Source: an uncultured Candidatus Rokubacteria bacterium (GTDB lineage Bacteria; Methylomirabilota; Methylomirabilia; Rokubacteriales; CSP1-6). From it: a stretch of 64,000 nucleotides of DNA. Shown here piece by piece: positions 46,605 through 57,107 of the stretch (within the stretch, counting starts at the first letter, position 1; every line of letters begins with the position of its first letter). The notes beneath the pieces are model-generated. The model worked only from the letters and a program-made list of their open reading frames with translations. It searched no databases and was not told where the DNA came from. The stretch is taken from NCBI GenBank assembly GCA_963771355.1, contig CAVYTA010000001.1, positions 96,001 through 160,000 of the forward strand. The letters run 5' to 3'. Position numbers and translations under genes: made by a program.

Positions 46605-48127
46605 CGTCGATCCTCGACGTTCGCCGCTATCCCGAGGCGCGGGACGGGTTTCGCTGGGACGCGCTCTGGGATCTCGTGGACGGCGACCGCGAGCGCCTCA
46701 ACCTCGCCCACGAGTGCGTGGACCGGCACGTGGGCAAGGGCACCGCCCTGCGCATCCAGTTCGCCGACGGGCATCGGGAGGAGCACGACTTCGGGGCGCT
46801 CGCCGAGTGGTCGTCCCGCTTCGCCAATCTCCTCGAAGCCGAGGGCGTTGCCCGCGGCGATCGGGTGGCCATCATGCTGGAGCCGTCGCTGGCCTTTTAC
46901 GGGGCGGTGTTCGGGACGATGAAGCGCGGGGCCATCGCGGTGCCGCTCTTCACGCTCTTCGGCCCCGAGGGGCTGGCGTTGCGTGTGGACGACTGCCGGC
47001 CGCGCATGCTGCTGGTGGAGCGGGACGCGGCGCGCTGGCGCGCGCAGTTCCCCGACGTCAACGTGGTCGCGGTGGATGACCTCGCCGAGCGCCTGCGCGC
47101 GGCGCCCGCGCGGTACACGCCGGCCACCGCGCCCGACGACCTCGCGCTGTTCCAGTACACGTCCGGCACCACGCGCGCCTTGCCGGAGGCGGTGCGGCAC
47201 ACGCACCGCTCGGTGGTGACCTTGATGGTGGCGGCGCTCTACGGGGTGGGGCTCCGGGCGGGCGATCGCTACTTCTGTCCCTCGTCCCCCGCCTGGGGGC
47301 ACGGGCTCTGGCATGGAACGGTCGCGCCGCTCGCGCTCGGGATCGCGGTGGGCAGCTACTCGGGCAAGTTCAGCCCGGAGCGGATCGTGGAGGCGCTCGA
47401 CGCCTTCCGGGTCACGAATCTCGCCGCCGCCCCCACCGTGTACCGGATGATCCGGGAGTCCGGTGCGGCCGACCGTCGCCGGTTCGCTCCCGAGAAGCTC
47501 TCGTTCACGGGCGAGCCCATGGATGGGAAGACCTGGGAGTACGTCGAGGAGACCTTCGGGCGGAAGCCGTGCAGCATGTACGGGAGCACGGAGGTCGGGG
47601 TGATCATCGTGAACTACCCGGGCTTCGACGGCTTCGAGGTCCGGCGCGGCGCCCTCGGCAAGGCGGCGCCGGGCTGGGAGGTGGCGGTGGTCGGCGAGGC
47701 GGGGCCGCTCCCCGCCGGGGAGCTCGGGGAGATCGCCGTCCGCCGCCGCGGCGAGTGGTTCCGCGTGAAGGATCGTGGCCACGTCGACGCCGACGGCTAC
47801 TTCTTCCACGCCGGGCGCTCCGACGACGTGATCATCTCCGGCGGGTGGACGATGAGCGCGCTCGAGATCGAGCAGGCGCTCCTCGCCCACCCCGACGTGC
47901 GCGAGGCGGCGGTGATTGGCGTGCCCGATGAGCTGCGGGGGCAAATCCCCAAGGCGTGCATCGTGGCGCCGGGCAAGGGCCCCGACTTCGTACGCGAGCT
48001 GCAGGAGTTCGTGAAGGATCGCCTGAGCCGGCACGAGTACCCGCGGGCCATCGAGATCGTGGCGGAGCTGCCCAAGACCCCGGCCGGCAAGATCGACCGG
48101 AAAACCCTCCGCGACCGGCAGCGATAG
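46601..48127 (+). CDS. AMP-forming acyl-CoA synthetase
   Basis: YTSGTT, YGSTE, GRSDD, PKTPAGK. Confidence 0.92.
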   Translation: MTSILDVRRYPEARDGFRWDALWDLVDGDRERLNLAHECVDRHVGKGTALRIQFADGHREEHDFGALAEWSSRFANLLEAEGVARGDRVAIMLEPSLAFYGAVFGTMKRGAIAVPLFTLFGPEGLALRVDDCRPRMLLVERDAARWRAQFPDVNVVAVDDLAERLRAAPARYTPATAPDDLALFQYTSGTTRALPEAVRHTHRSVVTLMVAALYGVGLRAGDRYFCPSSPAWGHGLWHGTVAPLALGIAVGSYSGKFSPERIVEALDAFRVTNLAAAPTVYRMIRESGAADRRRFAPEKLSFTGEPMDGKTWEYVEETFGRKPCSMYGSTEVGVIIVNYPGFDGFEVRRGALGKAAPGWEVAVVGEAGPLPAGELGEIAVRRRGEWFRVKDRGHVDADGYFFHAGRSDDVIISGGWTMSALEIEQALLAHPDVREAAVIGVPDELRGQIPKACIVAPGKGPDFVRELQEFVKDRLSRHEYPRAIEIVAELPKTPAGKIDRKTLRDRQR

Positions 48128-48147
48128 CCGCCGGGACGAAAGCGCGC

Positions 48148-49257
48148 ATGCCGATCATCGACTCCCACGCCCACATCTTCCAGCACTGGTCCGGCTCCTG
48201 CGGCCTGCCCTCGCGAGAGGTGCACCTGAAATATCTGCAGAAGACGCTCACGCGCCCCTCCGCCAAGGTCTATCGCCTCCGCGACGGCGCGGAGGCCTCC
48301 GGCCAGCACCTCTTCCGGCCGGGCGACAATACCTGGGCCGGGCTCCGCGACGACATCGAGTTCCGGCCGGGGCGCTACGGCCGGCTCGAGTTCCGGGTGG
48401 ACGGCGAGGACTATGTCGTCCAGTACATGCCGGTGGGCATGGTGGAGCTGGAGTCCAGGCCGGAGCTCCTGCTGGCGCAGATGACGGCGGCGGGCGTGGA
48501 CCACTGCGTGCTCCAGGCCGGCTTCACCTACGGCTACATGAACGACTACAACGCGCTCGCGCAGCGCCAGTACCCGGGGCGGTTCACCGGCCTCTTCCAC
48601 GTGGACGAGCCCATGGCGGACACCGCGCACTGGATGGCGGAGGCGCGGCGGGCGGTGGAGCAGCTCGGGCTGCGCGGGCTGCACTATCAGACCGACACCT
48701 TCGCCCGCTACGACTTCCGGTGGTGGTTCGACGACCGGCGCTTCGACGCGTTCTGGTCCATGATCGAGGGCTTCGGCGTGCCGGTGTTCTTCGAGCCCAT
48801 GCACATCCCGACCTATGACGAGGCGAGCTATCTCGAGATCATGCGGCGGCTGGATGGGATCATGACCCGTTTCCCGGGTCTCCGCTGGCTCCTGGTGCTG
48901 CAACCGCCGGTGTCCTATTTTGCCCGGAACGGGCGGTGGGAGTTCCCCGTGATAGTCGGAAAGGTCTACGCGCGGGAGACGGTGCGCCTCGAAATGACCT
49001 TTCCCATCGCCTGGGGCGGCGTCTGGGACTACCCGTATCCGGAGGCGCAGGCGCTCATCAAGGACCTGCGCGATCGCTACGGCGCCACCAAGCTCGTCTG
49101 GGGCTCGGACATGCCGAACGTGGAGCGCTTCTGCACGTACCGGCAATGCGTGGACTATATCCGGCGCTACTGCGAGTTCCTCAGCGCGGCCGAGAAGGAC
49201 CGCGTGCTGGGGGGAAATCTCGGCGACCTGCTCACGCTGTCCGCGCCGCCGCGCTGA
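48148..49257 (+). CDS. Amidohydrolase_2 family protein
   Basis: IIDSHAH, WGSDMP. Confidence 0.85.
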   Translation: MPIIDSHAHIFQHWSGSCGLPSREVHLKYLQKTLTRPSAKVYRLRDGAEASGQHLFRPGDNTWAGLRDDIEFRPGRYGRLEFRVDGEDYVVQYMPVGMVELESRPELLLAQMTAAGVDHCVLQAGFTYGYMNDYNALAQRQYPGRFTGLFHVDEPMADTAHWMAEARRAVEQLGLRGLHYQTDTFARYDFRWWFDDRRFDAFWSMIEGFGVPVFFEPMHIPTYDEASYLEIMRRLDGIMTRFPGLRWLLVLQPPVSYFARNGRWEFPVIVGKVYARETVRLEMTFPIAWGGVWDYPYPEAQALIKDLRDRYGATKLVWGSDMPNVERFCTYRQCVDYIRRYCEFLSAAEKDRVLGGNLGDLLTLSAPPR

Positions 49258-49265
49258 TCTCCGCG

Positions 49266-52187
49266 TCAGTCTGCGTCCGAGAGCAGCTCCGCGAGTCGGG
49301 CGGGGTCCACCGGTTTGACGAGGTGGAGATCGAAGCCGGCGGCGCGGGAGCGCTCTCGGTCCTCAGGCAACCCGTAGCCGGTGAGCGCCACGAGGCGGAG
49401 GCGCCGGCCCGCCGGATGCTCGCGCAGGCGGCGGGCCACCTCGTAGCCGTCGATACCGGGCAGGCCGATGTCGACCAGGGCGAGATCGGGCTCCAGCGTC
49501 AGGGCGGAGCTCACGCCGGTCACGCCGTCCACCGCCTCGAATACCTCGTGGCCGAGCAGACGGATCAGCTCGCGCAACATCTGCCGCGAGTCGTCATTGT
49601 CCTCGATCACGAGTACGCGGCGGGCGGCGGCGGGGCGGGGCTCGGGGGCGGACGGGCGCGTCTTCGCCGGCCGCGCGATGGCGGGGAGGCGCACGGTGAA
49701 GATGCTGCCCTTACCGGTGCCCTCGCTGGCCACCGCCACGGTGCCGCCGTGCTGTTCGACCAGGCGCCGCACGAGCGTGAGCCCGATCCCCAGCCCGCCC
49801 TTGCTGCGGTCGAGGGAATGCTCGCCCTGCACGAAGATGTCGAAGACGCGGGGCAGGAGCTCGGGGGCGATGCCGACGCCGCCGTCGCGGACCGAGAGCA
49901 CGGCGTCGAGGCCCTCGCGCGTGACCAGGACCCGGATCTCGCCGCCCGCCGGCGTGTACTTCACCGCGTTCTGTAGCAGGTTCACCATCACCTGCTCCAG
50001 GCGGGCCGCGTCGGCATCGACCCAGACCTCGGCGGTGTCCAGCAGGACCGCGTGCCCCGGGGAGCCGATGAGGCTCGCCACGCGTCGCACGAGATCGGCG
50101 AGGTCCAGGGGCTGTGGCTCGAGGGTGATCTTGCCGCTGGTGACACGGGAGACGTCGAGGAGATCGTCCACCACGCGCCCCAGCTGGACGACCTGGCGGC
50201 TGATGATGCCCTGCGCGCGCTCCACCAGCGGCCCCGCGTTCTCGACCAGGCCCAGGACATGCGCGGCGTTGCTGATGGCGCCGAGGGGATTCCGTAGCTC
50301 GTGCCCGAGCATGGCGAGGAACTCGTCCTTGGCGCTGCTGGCGGCTTCCGCCTCCTGGCGCGCCGCCGCCTGCCGCGCGAAGAGCTCCGCGTTCTGGATG
50401 GCGATGGCGGCCTGCTCGGCGAGCCGGGTGCACACCGTCTCGTCCTCGTCGGTGAAGACGCGCCGCGTGCGGTTGCTGATGTAGAGGAGGCCGGCCACCT
50501 GGGTCCGGATGACGATGGGCACCACCATCACGCAGACCATGCCGGTCTGCTGCGCGAGGACGGCATGGGAGGCCGGCACCCTCGGGTCGGAGGCGTAGTC
50601 CTCGCTCCGGGTGGGCTTGCCGGTCAGCATGACCTCGCCGCCGATGCTCTCGCCGGGCCGGATGCGCAGCGTCTGGTAGATCTCGGGCCAGGGGCCCACG
50701 CGATACCGCGGCCGAAGGGTGTCTCCCTCGCGCAGGAAGATGGAGGCGCCGTCGCTGCGGCAGAGGGCCTGCGCGCCGTCGGCGATGCGCTCGAGCACGG
50801 TGGTGACGTCCAGCGAGGCGGAGATCGACCGGGCGATCTCCCCCATGAAGGCGAGGCGCTGCTCCACGGCCTCCGACTGCGCGCGGGCCGCGCGCTCCTG
50901 CGCGAGCAGGCGTTCCCGCTCCGCCTCGGCGGTCTTGCGCGAGGTGACGTCCATGCAGATCCCACGCAGGCGCTCGGGGCGGCCGGCCTCGTCGTAGGAC
51001 ACCTCGCCCCGCGCCTCCACCCAGCGGATGGCGCCGTCGGGCCGGACGATGCGGTACTCGAGCCGGTGCGTGCCGTCCTCGAGGGACTTCCGGATCGTCC
51101 GCTCCACGTGGGCGCGGTCCTCGGGGTGAATGTCCGCCTGAAACCCGGCGAAGGTGCCCGGGAAGGCGCGGGGCGCGAGACCGTGAATCGCCTCGAGCTC
51201 GGGAGACCAGGTCACGCGGCCGGTGGCCACCGACCATTCCCACGTGCCCATCCCGCCGGCCGCGACGGCCAGGCGAAGCCCCTTCTCGCTGTCGCGGACG
51301 GCCGTCTCCGCGCGCCGCTGGTTCATCACACCGGCCCCGACCGGCAGCATGGTCACCGCGAGTGTGGCCATGAACGCCTGCAGGAGGAGAAGGGACTCAT
51401 TGGCCGGGCCGATCGCGAAGGGGCCGACGCCGCGGACGGTGCCCGTCACCGCGATGGCGCCGAGCATCGCGATTGCCGTGACCGCCTCGCGCTGTCCGAA
51501 GCGGATCGACGTCCAGAGCAGCGGGGGGATGCAGAGGAATGCGATCGGCAGGTTGCGCATGGAGGGCGGCAGGGTGCCGCCGAAGACGAGGAGGCCCGTC
51601 CCGAGCACCGTCGCACCCAGCAGCAGCGCCTCGGCCCACCGTGTTCGGAGCGCGCCCAGGCCGGGCTGCCGGCTCCAGAGAAGGATCAGCGGGGCGAAGA
51701 TGAGGTCCCCGGCGGCGTCGCCCAGCCACCACGTCAGCCAGATGGAGCCGTAGCCGCTCCAGGGCGCGAAGCCACCCAGCGCCAGGCTGGTCACGCCGAT
51801 GGTGGCGCTGACGGTCGTGCTCAGAAAGCCGGCGAGGACGACGAAGAGGAAGATGTTCCGGATGCGGTCGAGCGTATTCTGACCGCCCGCGAAGCGATTC
51901 ACCAGCTCGGCGCCGAGCACCCCCTCGAGCGTGTTGCCCAGCGCGATGGCGAGCGACGTCGCGACCGAGCCCGCGGTGCTGATATTGATGAGGAAGGCGC
52001 CCACAAAGATGACCGGCCAGATGCGCAGGCCCAGAAGGAGGAAGGCGGCCAGCGCGATGCCCGCCGGGGGCCAGACCGGACTGGCGCTGGAGTGCAGGAA
52101 CGCGAAGTCCAGCCCGAGCTTGCCGCTCAGGACATAAATGAACCCGATGGCCGTCGCGAGCGCGATGCGTCGGGCCCGGACCGTCAC
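49266..52187 (-). CDS. MASE1-PAS-GAF hybrid histidine kinase with receiver domain
   Basis: [44 protein letters not shown]. Confidence 0.93.
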   Translation of the reverse strand: MTVRARRIALATAIGFIYVLSGKLGLDFAFLHSSASPVWPPAGIALAAFLLLGLRIWPVIFVGAFLINISTAGSVATSLAIALGNTLEGVLGAELVNRFAGGQNTLDRIRNIFLFVVLAGFLSTTVSATIGVTSLALGGFAPWSGYGSIWLTWWLGDAAGDLIFAPLILLWSRQPGLGALRTRWAEALLLGATVLGTGLLVFGGTLPPSMRNLPIAFLCIPPLLWTSIRFGQREAVTAIAMLGAIAVTGTVRGVGPFAIGPANESLLLLQAFMATLAVTMLPVGAGVMNQRRAETAVRDSEKGLRLAVAAGGMGTWEWSVATGRVTWSPELEAIHGLAPRAFPGTFAGFQADIHPEDRAHVERTIRKSLEDGTHRLEYRIVRPDGAIRWVEARGEVSYDEAGRPERLRGICMDVTSRKTAEAERERLLAQERAARAQSEAVEQRLAFMGEIARSISASLDVTTVLERIADGAQALCRSDGASIFLREGDTLRPRYRVGPWPEIYQTLRIRPGESIGGEVMLTGKPTRSEDYASDPRVPASHAVLAQQTGMVCVMVVPIVIRTQVAGLLYISNRTRRVFTDEDETVCTRLAEQAAIAIQNAELFARQAAARQEAEAASSAKDEFLAMLGHELRNPLGAISNAAHVLGLVENAGPLVERAQGIISRQVVQLGRVVDDLLDVSRVTSGKITLEPQPLDLADLVRRVASLIGSPGHAVLLDTAEVWVDADAARLEQVMVNLLQNAVKYTPAGGEIRVLVTREGLDAVLSVRDGGVGIAPELLPRVFDIFVQGEHSLDRSKGGLGIGLTLVRRLVEQHGGTVAVASEGTGKGSIFTVRLPAIARPAKTRPSAPEPRPAAARRVLVIEDNDDSRQMLRELIRLLGHEVFEAVDGVTGVSSALTLEPDLALVDIGLPGIDGYEVARRLREHPAGRRLRLVALTGYGLPEDRERSRAAGFDLHLVKPVDPARLAELLSDAD

Positions 52188-52234
52188 CGAGAGGCCCCCA
52201 CCATGGGGGTACGATACACCACCCGGATCGTGGG

Positions 52235-52432
52235 TTAGCTGTCGAGCCCGTAATGCTTCAGCAGAAGAGCCCGGAGCTTCTCGGCCATGGTCACGCCGTC
52301 CTTCGCGGCGCTCACCTTGATGGCACGATGCAGGCCTTCTGGGAGATCCAAGGTGAGCCGCTTGGTCCGCGTCCCGCCCGTGCTGCCGTGACCCGATGTA
52401 GCCGCTGGTTTCCTCCCGTCCTGATCATCCAT
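52235..52432 (-). CDS. Small ribbon-helix-helix (ParG-like) protein
   Basis: KRLTLDLPEGLHRAIKVSAA..GVTM...LR.LL; RBS ggagg. Confidence 0.75.
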   Translation of the reverse strand: MDDQDGRKPAATSGHGSTGGTRTKRLTLDLPEGLHRAIKVSAAKDGVTMAEKLRALLLKHYGLDS

Positions 52433-52749
52433 GGCCCTCCATAGAGCAAACGCGATACCATCTTTTGGTGACTAATAAATCAATTACTTACAGTTTCTAT
52501 CAGCGGCTGATTCCTACAAATCAGCATTTGGCCCTGATTTGTGTAGATGGGGGTGTAGGTAAAACTTTACATTATCTGAGAAAAGTCTAAGACCCCGAGT
52601 TGCCGTCGATTTATCGACATCTTTCACCACTAGAGTTGCATTCCATTCCTTGCCTCGGCGCCGGGGCCTGTCGACGTTCTTGCCCAAAGGCCCCTCAATG
52701 TTCCCAGGCAAAACAAGCAACATGATGGAAGATAAAGGCTTTCTCATCG

Positions 52750-52765
52750 AGGCATGAACTGTGCG
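52750..52765 (+). promoter_or_regulatory. Possible sigma54 promoter (variant) in AT-rich intergenic region
   Basis: AGGCATGAACTGTGCG (GG-N10-GC). Confidence 0.45.
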
Positions 52766-52820
52766 TATAGATACAGATTTACAGAAACACAGACATCGAC
52801 ATCAGGAAGGGGCATGACAC

Positions 52821-53540
52821 ATGGGGCTTCTCGTGAGAGCAGTGATCGGATCTGGCGCACTTCTTTTCCTGGCGCTCGGGGGCGCTGCGCAGGCGATCCC
52901 CATCGCCGCACTTCACGCGAGCAATCAGGGGATCAGCGCGTTCGGGTTCGAGTTCGACGCCCCGACAAATACCATCACGCTCCGCGAGACCTGGAACAGC
53001 ACCGGGCCGGGCATCGTGCAGCTGAGCGGGCTCGACGATGAGGTGGACTATATCGTGACCAAGATCATCACCAATTCCAGCGGCGTTCCCTGGGTCTCCT
53101 TCGCCCAGGAGCTGCTCGACCCGGTCGGGTTTGCCGATGAGCAGGATGCTCCGCCGCCCGCGTTTGCCCCGCCAGGATTCACCTCCTCGAATGACCAGGA
53201 TGGCCTCAGCTTCGCGCAGGGCTCGTTGCTCCCGCGGACCTCGACCGCGTTCGGCTCCGTGGCCGCCGACGAGCTGGCTGGGCGCGACTTCCTCGACTAC
53301 TTCGGTGGCACTCTGCTCAACGGCGGCGTCGACACGATGTTGTTCGCCGTGCGGGACAACGCTGGGATCGGCGACGTTAACTGCGATGGCACGTCATGCC
53401 CGAACCAGCCCTTCCTCCTCGTGCAGCGGCCCAATGCACGGTCCGTGACGGAAGTGGCCCAGCCCGGCAGCCTCCTGCTCCTCGGCGTCGGACTGGTGGG
53501 GGCGGCATTCGTGACGCATCGGAGACTTACCGCGCGCTAA
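52821..53540 (+). CDS. Secreted protein with PEP-CTERM-like sorting signal
   Basis: Signal peptide ..AAQAIP; C-terminal VAQPGSLLLLGVGLVGAAFVTHRR. Confidence 0.78.
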   Translation: MGLLVRAVIGSGALLFLALGGAAQAIPIAALHASNQGISAFGFEFDAPTNTITLRETWNSTGPGIVQLSGLDDEVDYIVTKIITNSSGVPWVSFAQELLDPVGFADEQDAPPPAFAPPGFTSSNDQDGLSFAQGSLLPRTSTAFGSVAADELAGRDFLDYFGGTLLNGGVDTMLFAVRDNAGIGDVNCDGTSCPNQPFLLVQRPNARSVTEVAQPGSLLLLGVGLVGAAFVTHRRLTAR

Positions 53541-53592
53541 TCGGTGCCCGCTCGCTTGTCCGGAGTCCTTCCAGGGGTGCTATGGTCGGGGC

Positions 53593-53958
53593 ATGGCGAA
53601 GACGCGTATCTCGTCCGCTCTGCTGGGGGTCCTGCTGCTGGCCTACGGCTGCGCCACCGCCCCGATCGCCTCGAGCGATCGGGACCTGACCGTGTCGGAG
53701 GGCAGCACCTTCCAGGTGGTGCTGGACGGCCCATCCGGCACGAGTCCCTCGTGGACCGTCGATGGGGCCGAGATGGGGACCGTCGAGCTGTTGCGGCGCG
53801 AGCCCCTCGGTGTCCCGGGTTCCGGCGCGCAGGAGACCTTCGTCTTTCTCGCGCGCCGTTCCGGAACGGTCACGCTCCACTTCACGCACGCGGGGCGCTG
53901 GGCGGAAAAATCCCCACCCCCCTCCCATTCCTACCGGGTCCAGGTGATCCGGTGCTGA
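53593..53958 (+). CDS. Chagasin/I42 protease-inhibitor-like lipoprotein
   Basis: LAYGC lipobox; F.V.L..P.GT..W; PGSG..E.F.F; R.W-like loop. Confidence 0.65.
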   Translation: MAKTRISSALLGVLLLAYGCATAPIASSDRDLTVSEGSTFQVVLDGPSGTSPSWTVDGAEMGTVELLRREPLGVPGSGAQETFVFLARRSGTVTLHFTHAGRWAEKSPPPSHSYRVQVIRC

Positions 53959-53969
53959 TGCTGATAACG

Positions 53970-54167
53970 CTAGGAGGATTTGCGTTGGCTCGCCTGGATG
54001 GCCCGCGCCTCGGCGAGGTCAACCTCGTCGAGATAGCGTAAGGGGTCGGCGTCGAAGGCCTTCTTGCACTTCTCGCTGCAGAAGTAGAAGGTTACGCCCT
54101 CATAGTCGCTCTGGGCTGCTGCCGTGACCGGAGTCACTTCCATTCCGCAGACCGGATCGAGTCCCAT
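53970..54167 (-). CDS. YHS domain protein
   Basis: DPVCGM, YEG.TFYFCS..C...F..DP..Y. Confidence 0.92.
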   Translation of the reverse strand: MGLDPVCGMEVTPVTAAAQSDYEGVTFYFCSEKCKKAFDADPLRYLDEVDLAEARAIQASQRKSS

Positions 54168-54207
54168 GGTTTGCCTCCTTCGGGAATGTGGGCCTGTTCC
54201 TGGAGGG

Positions 54208-54223
54208 AGCAAGCCACATGCCA
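54208..54223 (-). promoter_or_regulatory. sigma54 -24/-12 promoter
   Basis: TGGCATGTGGCTTGCT on minus strand. Confidence 0.8.
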
Positions 54224-54293
54224 GGCCATCCCCAAGCCATCTGCAAGCCATCCATGGTATAAGGACAGCCCACACTGGTAAGGGAGGAAACCC

Positions 54294-55505
54294 ATGTTCG
54301 ACCTCGTGCTCAAGGGGGGACGGGTCGTCGATCCGTCCAGCGCGCTGGACGGCCTCCACGATATTGCCGTGCAGGACGGCAAGATCGCGCGCATTGCGGC
54401 CAACATCCCCGCCACCGAGGCCGCCCGCGTCATCGAGGTCGGCGGCAAGCTCGTCACGCCGGGACTCATCGATCTCCACGCGCACGTCTTCGAGGGCGTC
54501 AACCGCATGGGGGTGAATCCGGACCTCGGCGGTGTCTACGCGGGCGTGACCACCATCGTGGACGCGGGCAGCGCGGGGGCGGCGACCTTCGCGGCCTTCC
54601 CGACGCATATCCTGCCCGCCTGCCACACCGAGGTCATTCCCTTCCTGCATATCTGCCAGACCGGGCTGGCCACCATGCCCGACATCATCGCCGAGTCGAG
54701 CATCAACCTCGACGACACGCTGAAGACGTGCGCGCAGTACAAGGGGCTGATCCACGGGATCAAGGCCCGCATGGTCTCGCCCGCGCTGGAGATCATGGGC
54801 ATGGAGATGCCGAAGCTCGCCAAGCGCGCGGCCAAGGAGAGCGGCATTCGCCTCATGGTGCACATCGGGGACACGGAGAAGCGATACGACCCGAAGGTCA
54901 TCCGCTCGCTGCTCCCGATCCTCGAGAAGGGTGACATCCTCACCCACTACTTCACGGCGAATCCGGGGGGTGTGCTGGACGGCAACGGGAAGCTCGTGCC
55001 GGAGGCGCGTGAGGCGGCGGACCGCGGCGTCTGGCTCGACACCGCGCACGGCCGGATGAACTTCTCCTTCGACGTGGGGCGCCGCTGCATCGAGCAGGGT
55101 CTGCTGCCCCATTGCATCAGCACCGATCTCACCGTGCCGGGACGCATCCACACCGTGCACAGCATGACCGAGATCATGACGCGCTTCCTGGGGCTGGGCT
55201 TCACGCTGGCGCAGGTGGTGACCATGAGCACGGAGAATCCCGCGAAGGCCATCGGCGCCGAGGGGCGGCTCGGCCGCCTGGCCGTCGGGCGGCAAGCTGA
55301 CATCTCCGTTCTCGAGCTGCGCGACGGCGACTGGGTGGTGAAGGACGTGGTCGGGGCCAGCCTCCGCGTATCGAAGGCCTTCGTGCCCTTCGTGACGGTG
55401 AAGCGGGGACGCGTGTTCACGCCGGACTGGGGCCCGCGGCCCTGGGGCTGGGAGCCGGATCGCGTGCTGCCGGCGGGCCCGATCTCCGGCGGCTGCGGCT
55501 GCTGA
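54294..55505 (+). CDS. Amidohydrolase/deacetylase (dihydroorotase-like)
   Basis: IDLHAH, DAGSAG, GIKAR, MVHIG, THY, AHG..FSF, ISTD. Confidence 0.88.
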   Translation: MFDLVLKGGRVVDPSSALDGLHDIAVQDGKIARIAANIPATEAARVIEVGGKLVTPGLIDLHAHVFEGVNRMGVNPDLGGVYAGVTTIVDAGSAGAATFAAFPTHILPACHTEVIPFLHICQTGLATMPDIIAESSINLDDTLKTCAQYKGLIHGIKARMVSPALEIMGMEMPKLAKRAAKESGIRLMVHIGDTEKRYDPKVIRSLLPILEKGDILTHYFTANPGGVLDGNGKLVPEAREAADRGVWLDTAHGRMNFSFDVGRRCIEQGLLPHCISTDLTVPGRIHTVHSMTEIMTRFLGLGFTLAQVVTMSTENPAKAIGAEGRLGRLAVGRQADISVLELRDGDWVVKDVVGASLRVSKAFVPFVTVKRGRVFTPDWGPRPWGWEPDRVLPAGPISGGCGC

Positions 55506-55524
55506 GGCCGAGGGCGGAGCCAGC

Positions 55525-55956
55525 GTGGCGGAGGCGATCCGCGTGACGGCGACCGTGCGCGTGCCGGCCTCGGCCCTGACAGCTCACGCGGTCCGCGCCT
55601 CGGGACCCGGCGGGCAGAACGTGAACAAGGTCGCCACCAAGATCGACCTGCGGGTGGACCTGGGGGCGGTGGAGGGGCTCACCGAGGCCGCCCGGGCCCG
55701 GCTGGTGGAGCTGGCCCGTCACCGGCTGGATGCCGAGGGCCGGCTGGTGGTCACGAGCCAGGTGACGCGCAATCAGGCGCGCAACCTGGAGGCCGCCCGT
55801 GCCCGCGTGGCGGCGCTGGTGCGGGCCGCGCTCACGCCGCCGGTGCCGCGCGTGCGGACGGCGCCCCGGCCCGGCGCCCGCCACCGGCGGCTGGCCGGGA
55901 AGAAGCGGCGCGCCGACGTGAAGCGCCTGCGCGCGCGACCCGACGAGAGCGACTGA
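55525..55956 (+). CDS. arfB: Alternative ribosome rescue factor B
   Basis: RASGPGGQNVNKVATK, R.Q.RN, basic tail RRL..KKRR..VK.LR. Confidence 0.92.
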   Translation: MAEAIRVTATVRVPASALTAHAVRASGPGGQNVNKVATKIDLRVDLGAVEGLTEAARARLVELARHRLDAEGRLVVTSQVTRNQARNLEAARARVAALVRAALTPPVPRVRTAPRPGARHRRLAGKKRRADVKRLRARPDESD

Positions 55957-55972
55957 GCGCAAGGAGACGGCG

Positions 55973-57100
55973 ATGACGGCAAAGGTCAAGGCGGCGGTGC
56001 TGCTGAAGCCCAAGACCCTCGAGCTGCGCGAGTTCCCGCGCCCCGCGATCGGGCCGGACGACGCCCTCTTGCGCATCGAGGCCTGCGGGATCTGCGGCAG
56101 CGACTACGAGCAATATGACGGCGCGCAGCCGCCGCACGAGGACTACACGTCCTTCCCGGTGGTGCCGGGACATGAGCCGCTCGGGCGCATCGAGGAGATC
56201 GGCGCCCGGGCGAAGCAGCGCTGGGGCGTCACCGAGGGCGACCGCGTGGCCGTGCGCTCCGGGTATGGCTGCGGCCGCTGCGAGGCCTGCGCGCGCTGGG
56301 AGCCCGTCGCCTGCCGGACGCGGGGCGGCACCTACGGCTACACCACGATCGAGAAGCCGCCGCAGCTCTGGGGCGGCTATGCGGAGCACATGTATCTCTC
56401 CCCGCTCTCCGTGGTGAAGAAGACCGGCGAGCGCACGTCCGCCGAGGTGGCGGTGATGTTCAATCCGCTGGCGGCGGGGCTGTCCTGGGCCGCCTCCATT
56501 CCGAAGACGGGAGCGACGGACCGCGTGGTCATCCTCGGGGCGGGGCAGCGCGGCCTCTGCTGCGTCATCGCGGCCAAGGAGGCGGGCGCCCGCCAGGTCG
56601 TGATCACGGGGCTCGCGCGCGACGCTGCCAAGCTGGCGCTGGCCCGCGAGCTGGGAGCGGACGTGGCGATCGATGTGGAGGCGGGTGACGTGGTCGCCCA
56701 GGTCCGCGAAGCGACGGGCGGCGGCGCCGAGGTGGTGGTGGACACCACGCCCTATGCGCCGGAGTCGTTGATCCACGCCATCGCCATCGCGGTCCGGAAG
56801 GGTCGCATCGTGGTGGCGGGCCTCAAGGGTCAGCGCCTCACGCGCGAGCTCAACGCGGACGACCTCATCTACAAGGAGCTCACCGTCCGCGGCGTGCTGA
56901 GCATGCCGGTGGAAGAGACCTTTCGCGCCGTCGACATCATCGCGTCGGGACGCTATCCCTTCGACCGCCTCCACACCAAGTCCTTCCCCATCGAGCAGGC
57001 GGAGGAGGCCATCCACGCCCTCGCCGGCCAGGTGCCGGGAGTGAATCCCATCCACCTCGCCATCGTGCCGGGAGCGCCGCGCGTGCGCTGGAGCGTCTAG
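55973..57100 (+). CDS. Zn-dependent alcohol dehydrogenase family protein
   Basis: CGICGSD, GHE, CGRCEAC, GAGQRG. Confidence 0.92.
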   Translation: MTAKVKAAVLLKPKTLELREFPRPAIGPDDALLRIEACGICGSDYEQYDGAQPPHEDYTSFPVVPGHEPLGRIEEIGARAKQRWGVTEGDRVAVRSGYGCGRCEACARWEPVACRTRGGTYGYTTIEKPPQLWGGYAEHMYLSPLSVVKKTGERTSAEVAVMFNPLAAGLSWAASIPKTGATDRVVILGAGQRGLCCVIAAKEAGARQVVITGLARDAAKLALARELGADVAIDVEAGDVVAQVREATGGGAEVVVDTTPYAPESLIHAIAIAVRKGRIVVAGLKGQRLTRELNADDLIYKELTVRGVLSMPVEETFRAVDIIASGRYPFDRLHTKSFPIEQAEEAIHALAGQVPGVNPIHLAIVPGAPRVRWSV

Positions 57101-57107
57101 CGGCGCC

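Noticed and set aside
52235..52432. Plasmid partition or toxin-antitoxin locus
   Set aside because: No ParA, replication gene or toxin adjacent; the flanks look chromosomal.
52514..52747. 77-aa ORF in the AT-rich region
   Set aside because: No RBS or motif and atypical codon usage; the region looks regulatory.
55488..55545. C-terminal GGCGC followed by TGA as a possible selenocysteine codon
   Set aside because: Read-through would run out of frame deep into arfB, and no convincing SECIS is placed right after the TGA.
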